Below the pieces are notes generated by a model. That model ran no database searches, was not told where the DNA came from, and saw only the letters and a program-made list of their open reading frames with translations. DNA of 64,000 nucleotides. Source: Alphaproteobacteria bacterium. GTDB lineage: Bacteria; Pseudomonadota; Alphaproteobacteria; JAAXGF01. The stretch lies in assembly GCA_963555825.3 (NCBI GenBank), contig CAUVXB020000002.1:864001-928000 (forward strand), given 5' to 3'. A program made the position numbers and the translations under genes. Below are positions 61,076 through 64,000 of this stretch, piece by piece. The stretch's first letter is position 1, and every line of letters begins with the position of its first letter.

Positions 61076-61374
61076 CCGAAGCCGCGCTCGACCATGACGG
61101 CGCGGCGACGGTCCGCCGGACCGTTCCGATCGTCAACAAGCTGGGTCTTCACGCCCGCGCTGCGGCGAAATTCGTCAAGCGGGCCGGCGCATTCGACGCC
61201 GATATAACGGTCTCCAAGGATGGCGTGGACGTCTCGGGCGACTCGATCTTGGGGCTGATGATGCTGGCCGCGGGCCTCGGCTCGACGATCGCGATCGCGG
61301 CCAGCGGCTCCGATGCGGGACGCGCCATCGATGCACTCGCCACGCTGGTCGCCGACGGCTTCGAAGAGGATTGA
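61072..61374 (+). CDS. ptsH: Phosphocarrier protein HPr/NPr
   Basis: NKLGLHARAAAKFV, SILGLMML. Confidence 0.93.
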   Translation: MTEAALDHDGAATVRRTVPIVNKLGLHARAAAKFVKRAGAFDADITVSKDGVDVSGDSILGLMMLAAGLGSTIAIAASGSDAGRAIDALATLVADGFEED

Positions 61375-61381
61375 CGCGCCG

Positions 61382-63162
61382 ATGAGCGCCAAGCGGAAGA
61401 AGCCGGCCAAGCGACCCGCCGAGCAGGTGCTGCAAGGCATCGGCGTCTCGCCGGGCATCGCCATCGGGCCGGCGCATGTCGTCGAGCCGGGCATCATCGA
61501 GGTGCCCAAGTACGCGATCGCGGCCGACGGGATCGAGGCCGAGCGGGCGCGTTTCGCCGATGCCGTTGCGCGCGCCCTGAAGCAGGTCGCCAAGCTCCAC
61601 GACAAGGCCGACACGCTGCCCGGCAGCGCCGCCGAGGAACTCGGCTATCTGTTGGATGCCCATTCCCAGATGCTCGGCGAATCGCGTCTGGTGCGCGGCG
61701 TCGACCGCCGCATCGCCGATCAGGCGATAAACGCCGAGGCCGCCGTCTCCGAGGAGATCGCCGAGATCTCGCAGGCCTTCCTTGCGATGGACGACGACTA
61801 TTTCGCGGCGCGCCTCGACGATGTGCGCGACGTCGGCGCCCGGCTGTTGCGCGGCCTGATGGCGGTGCCCTACCAGGCGTTCTCCGATTTGCCGGAAGGC
61901 TCGGTGATCATCGCCGAGGAGTTGTCGCCGGCCGACACGGCACTGATGGACCCGCGCTGGTCGGCGGCTTCGCGACGGTCATCGGGGGCATCCAGGGTCA
62001 CACCGCGATCATGGCGCGCTCGCTCGGCCTGCCGGCGGTGATCGGCGTCCCCGACCTGGTCGGCAAGCTGCATTCGGGCGACCCGATCGTGGTCGACGGC
62101 GGCACCGGCAAGCTGACGCTCAATCCCAAGCCGGCGACGCTGGAGCGCTATGAAGCACGCCGCGCCGAGCTGCGGCGCCGCCAGCGCCAGCTCGCCCGCC
62201 TGCGCGACCTGCCGTCGGTCACCCGCGACGGTGTCGACATCATGCTGCAGGCCAACCTCGAGCTGCCCGGCGAGATCGACGGCGCGCTCGGCGCCGGCGC
62301 CCAGGGCGTCGGCCTGTTGCGCACCGAGTTCATGTACATGAACCGCGAGGAACCGCCCAGCGAGGACGAGCAGTACGCCACGCTGCGCGCCTTCATCGAA
62401 GCCATGGACGGCCGCCCGGTGACCGTGCGCACCCTGGATGCGGGCAGCGACAAGCTGGCCTTTTCGCTGGCCGGCCACATCCAGCCCAGCCTGAACCCGG
62501 CGCTCGGCTTACGCGCGATCCGTCTCTCGCTCAAGGTGCGCCCGTTGTTGGAGGCCCAGCTCGGTGCCATGCTGCGGGTCAGCGCGCACGGGCCGATGCG
62601 CATCCTGCTGCCGATGATCGGCACCACGGCGGAAGTGCGCCAGGTGCGCGAGGTGATGGCCAAGGTGGTGCGTCGGCTGCGCCGGCGCCGCGTGCCGATG
62701 GCCGATCCGCTGCCGCCGCTGGGCGCGATGATCGAGGTGCCGGGCGCCGCGCTGGCCGCCGACTCGCTCGCCCGGGTGTGCGATTTCTTCTCGATCGGCA
62801 CCAACGATCTGACCATGTACACGCTGGCCATCGACCGCGGCGACGAGCAGGTCGCGCCGCTTTTCGACCCGCTGCACCCGGCCGTGCTGCGCCTGATCCA
62901 GTTCTCGACCGAGGCGGCGTTGCGTGCGCGCATCCCGATCGCGGTATGCGGCGAGGTCGCCGGCGACCCGCGCTACGCGGTGCTGCTGCTCGGCCTCGGC
63001 ATCCGCGATCTGTCGATGTCGGCGGCCTCGCTGCCGCTCGTCAAGCAGCGCATCCGGAGCCTCGATATCGGCGAGGCGACGCGCCGCGCCCAGTCGATCA
63101 TGGACCAGTCCGACGCCGGCGTGATCGCCGCCATGCTCGACGATTTCAACGCGCTCGCCTGA
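61382..63162 (+). pseudogene. ptsI: PTS enzyme I (no GAF domain) with a 1-bp frameshift near 61954 (real or sequencing error)
   Basis: G.GVSPGIAIG, ELSPADT, then in the -1 frame GHTAIMARS, GLLRTEF, NPALGLRAIR, IGTNDL, CGE. Confidence 0.9.
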
Positions 63163-63177
63163 ACGCCGCGCGCGCCC

Positions 63178-63205
63178 TGGACACCGGGGCGAATTGGCCT
63201 ATAGT
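63178..63205 (+). promoter_or_regulatory. Candidate sigma70 promoter of ahcY
   Basis: TGGACA-N16-TATAGT. Confidence 0.45.
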
Positions 63206-63236
63206 GCCGCGCCGGGCGCTCGGCGCCGCGTACCTC

Positions 63237-63358
63237 CCGTCGGTCAAATCGAGCTAATCGATTTGACCGACGGAGCCCGCGACTGCGGGCCGCCGCTTAT
63301 GCGGCGAAAGCCTGCGCGGCTATTGAGCGCAGCGGAGCCACGGGAACCGTGGCTCCGC
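63237..63358 (+). other. Five-hairpin structured leader upstream of ahcY
   Basis: Perfect 16-bp stem 63237-63273, short stems 63275-63290, 63292-63305 and 63312-63332, 12-bp stem 63332-63358. Confidence 0.7.
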
Positions 63359-63380
63359 GCACAAAAATACGGAGACCCCG

Positions 63381-64000
63381 ATGACCGCCACTGCCGACTT
63401 CAAGATCGCCGATGCCTCGCTCGCCGAATGGGGCCGCAAGGAAATCGATATCGCCGAGACCGAAATGCCCGGCCTGATGGCGCTGCGCGACGAGTACCGA
63501 GATTCGCAGCCGCTCGCCGGCGCGCGTATCGCCGGCTGCCTGCACATGACGATCCAGACCGCCGTGCTGATCGAGACGCTGATCGAGTTGGGCGCCGAAG
63601 TGCGCTGGAGTTCGTGCAACATCTTCTCGACCCAGGACCAGGCGGCGGCGGCGATCGCGGCGACCGGCGTTGCCGTGTTCGCCTGGAAGGGCGAATCGGA
63701 AGAGGAATACGCGTGGTGCGTCGAGCAGACCATCACCGGGCTCGAAGGCTGGCGTCCCAACATGCTGCTCGACGACGGCGGCGACCTGACCCAGGTGATG
63801 CACGAGGCGCACGTCGATCTGATGGCCGACGTGCGCGGCCTCTCCGAGGAGACCACCACCGGCGTCCTGCGGCTCTATGACATGGCGCGCAAGAAGACGC
63901 TTCTCGCGCCGGCCATGAACGTCAACGATTCGGTCACCAAGTCGAAGTTCGACAATCTGTATGGCTGCCGCGAGAGCCTGATCGACGGCATCAAGCGGGC
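63381..64000 (+). CDS. ahcY: Adenosylhomocysteinase (5' part, runs off the window)
   Basis: [58 protein letters not shown]. Confidence 0.97.
   Translation, partial: MTATADFKIADASLAEWGRKEIDIAETEMPGLMALRDEYRDSQPLAGARIAGCLHMTIQTAVLIETLIELGAEVRWSSCNIFSTQDQAAAAIAATGVAVFAWKGESEEEYAWCVEQTITGLEGWRPNMLLDDGGDLTQVMHEAHVDLMADVRGLSEETTTGVLRLYDMARKKTLLAPAMNVNDSVTKSKFDNLYGCRESLIDGIKR

Noticed and set aside
1-64000. CRISPR array, cas genes, IS110 bridge-RNA or TnpB/IscB systems
   Set aside because: No regularly spaced repeats and no recognisable Cas, DEDD-IS110, TnpB or reverse transcriptase ORFs were seen

Overview
GC-rich alphaproteobacterial (Rhodospirillales-like) chromosome segment with two halves. 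1-31.2 kb is an IS-saturated accessory region. It holds two near-identical ISKra4/ISLre2-like copies, two IS256, two IS630-like elements, IS1182, IS21 (one complete, one truncated), and IS1380 and IS481 fragments, many nested in each other's ends. These surround a destroyed zinc-ribbon (DUF4379-like) repeat gene, an intact betaine/TMAO-type ABC transporter and relics of an ICE (FseA-like DUF6499-DUF2285 activator, a DUF2285-only QseM-like ORF, integrase and TraE fragments, an intact MobF relaxase). 31.2-64 kb is core genome: infC-thrS, queG, GST, gltBD, uppP, tRNA-Leu, rnd, lptCAB, rpoN-hpf-ptsN-hprK-rapZ-manX-HPr-ptsI (frameshifted) and the start of ahcY. The most notable unexplained structure is a structured, Correia-like MITE family with TACC...GGTA ends at three consecutive junctions of the PTS operon. 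It occurs in a window whose IS630-like elements have the same TACC ends and appear to duplicate TNA rather than TA. All family calls are from motif recognition by eye; no searches were run.
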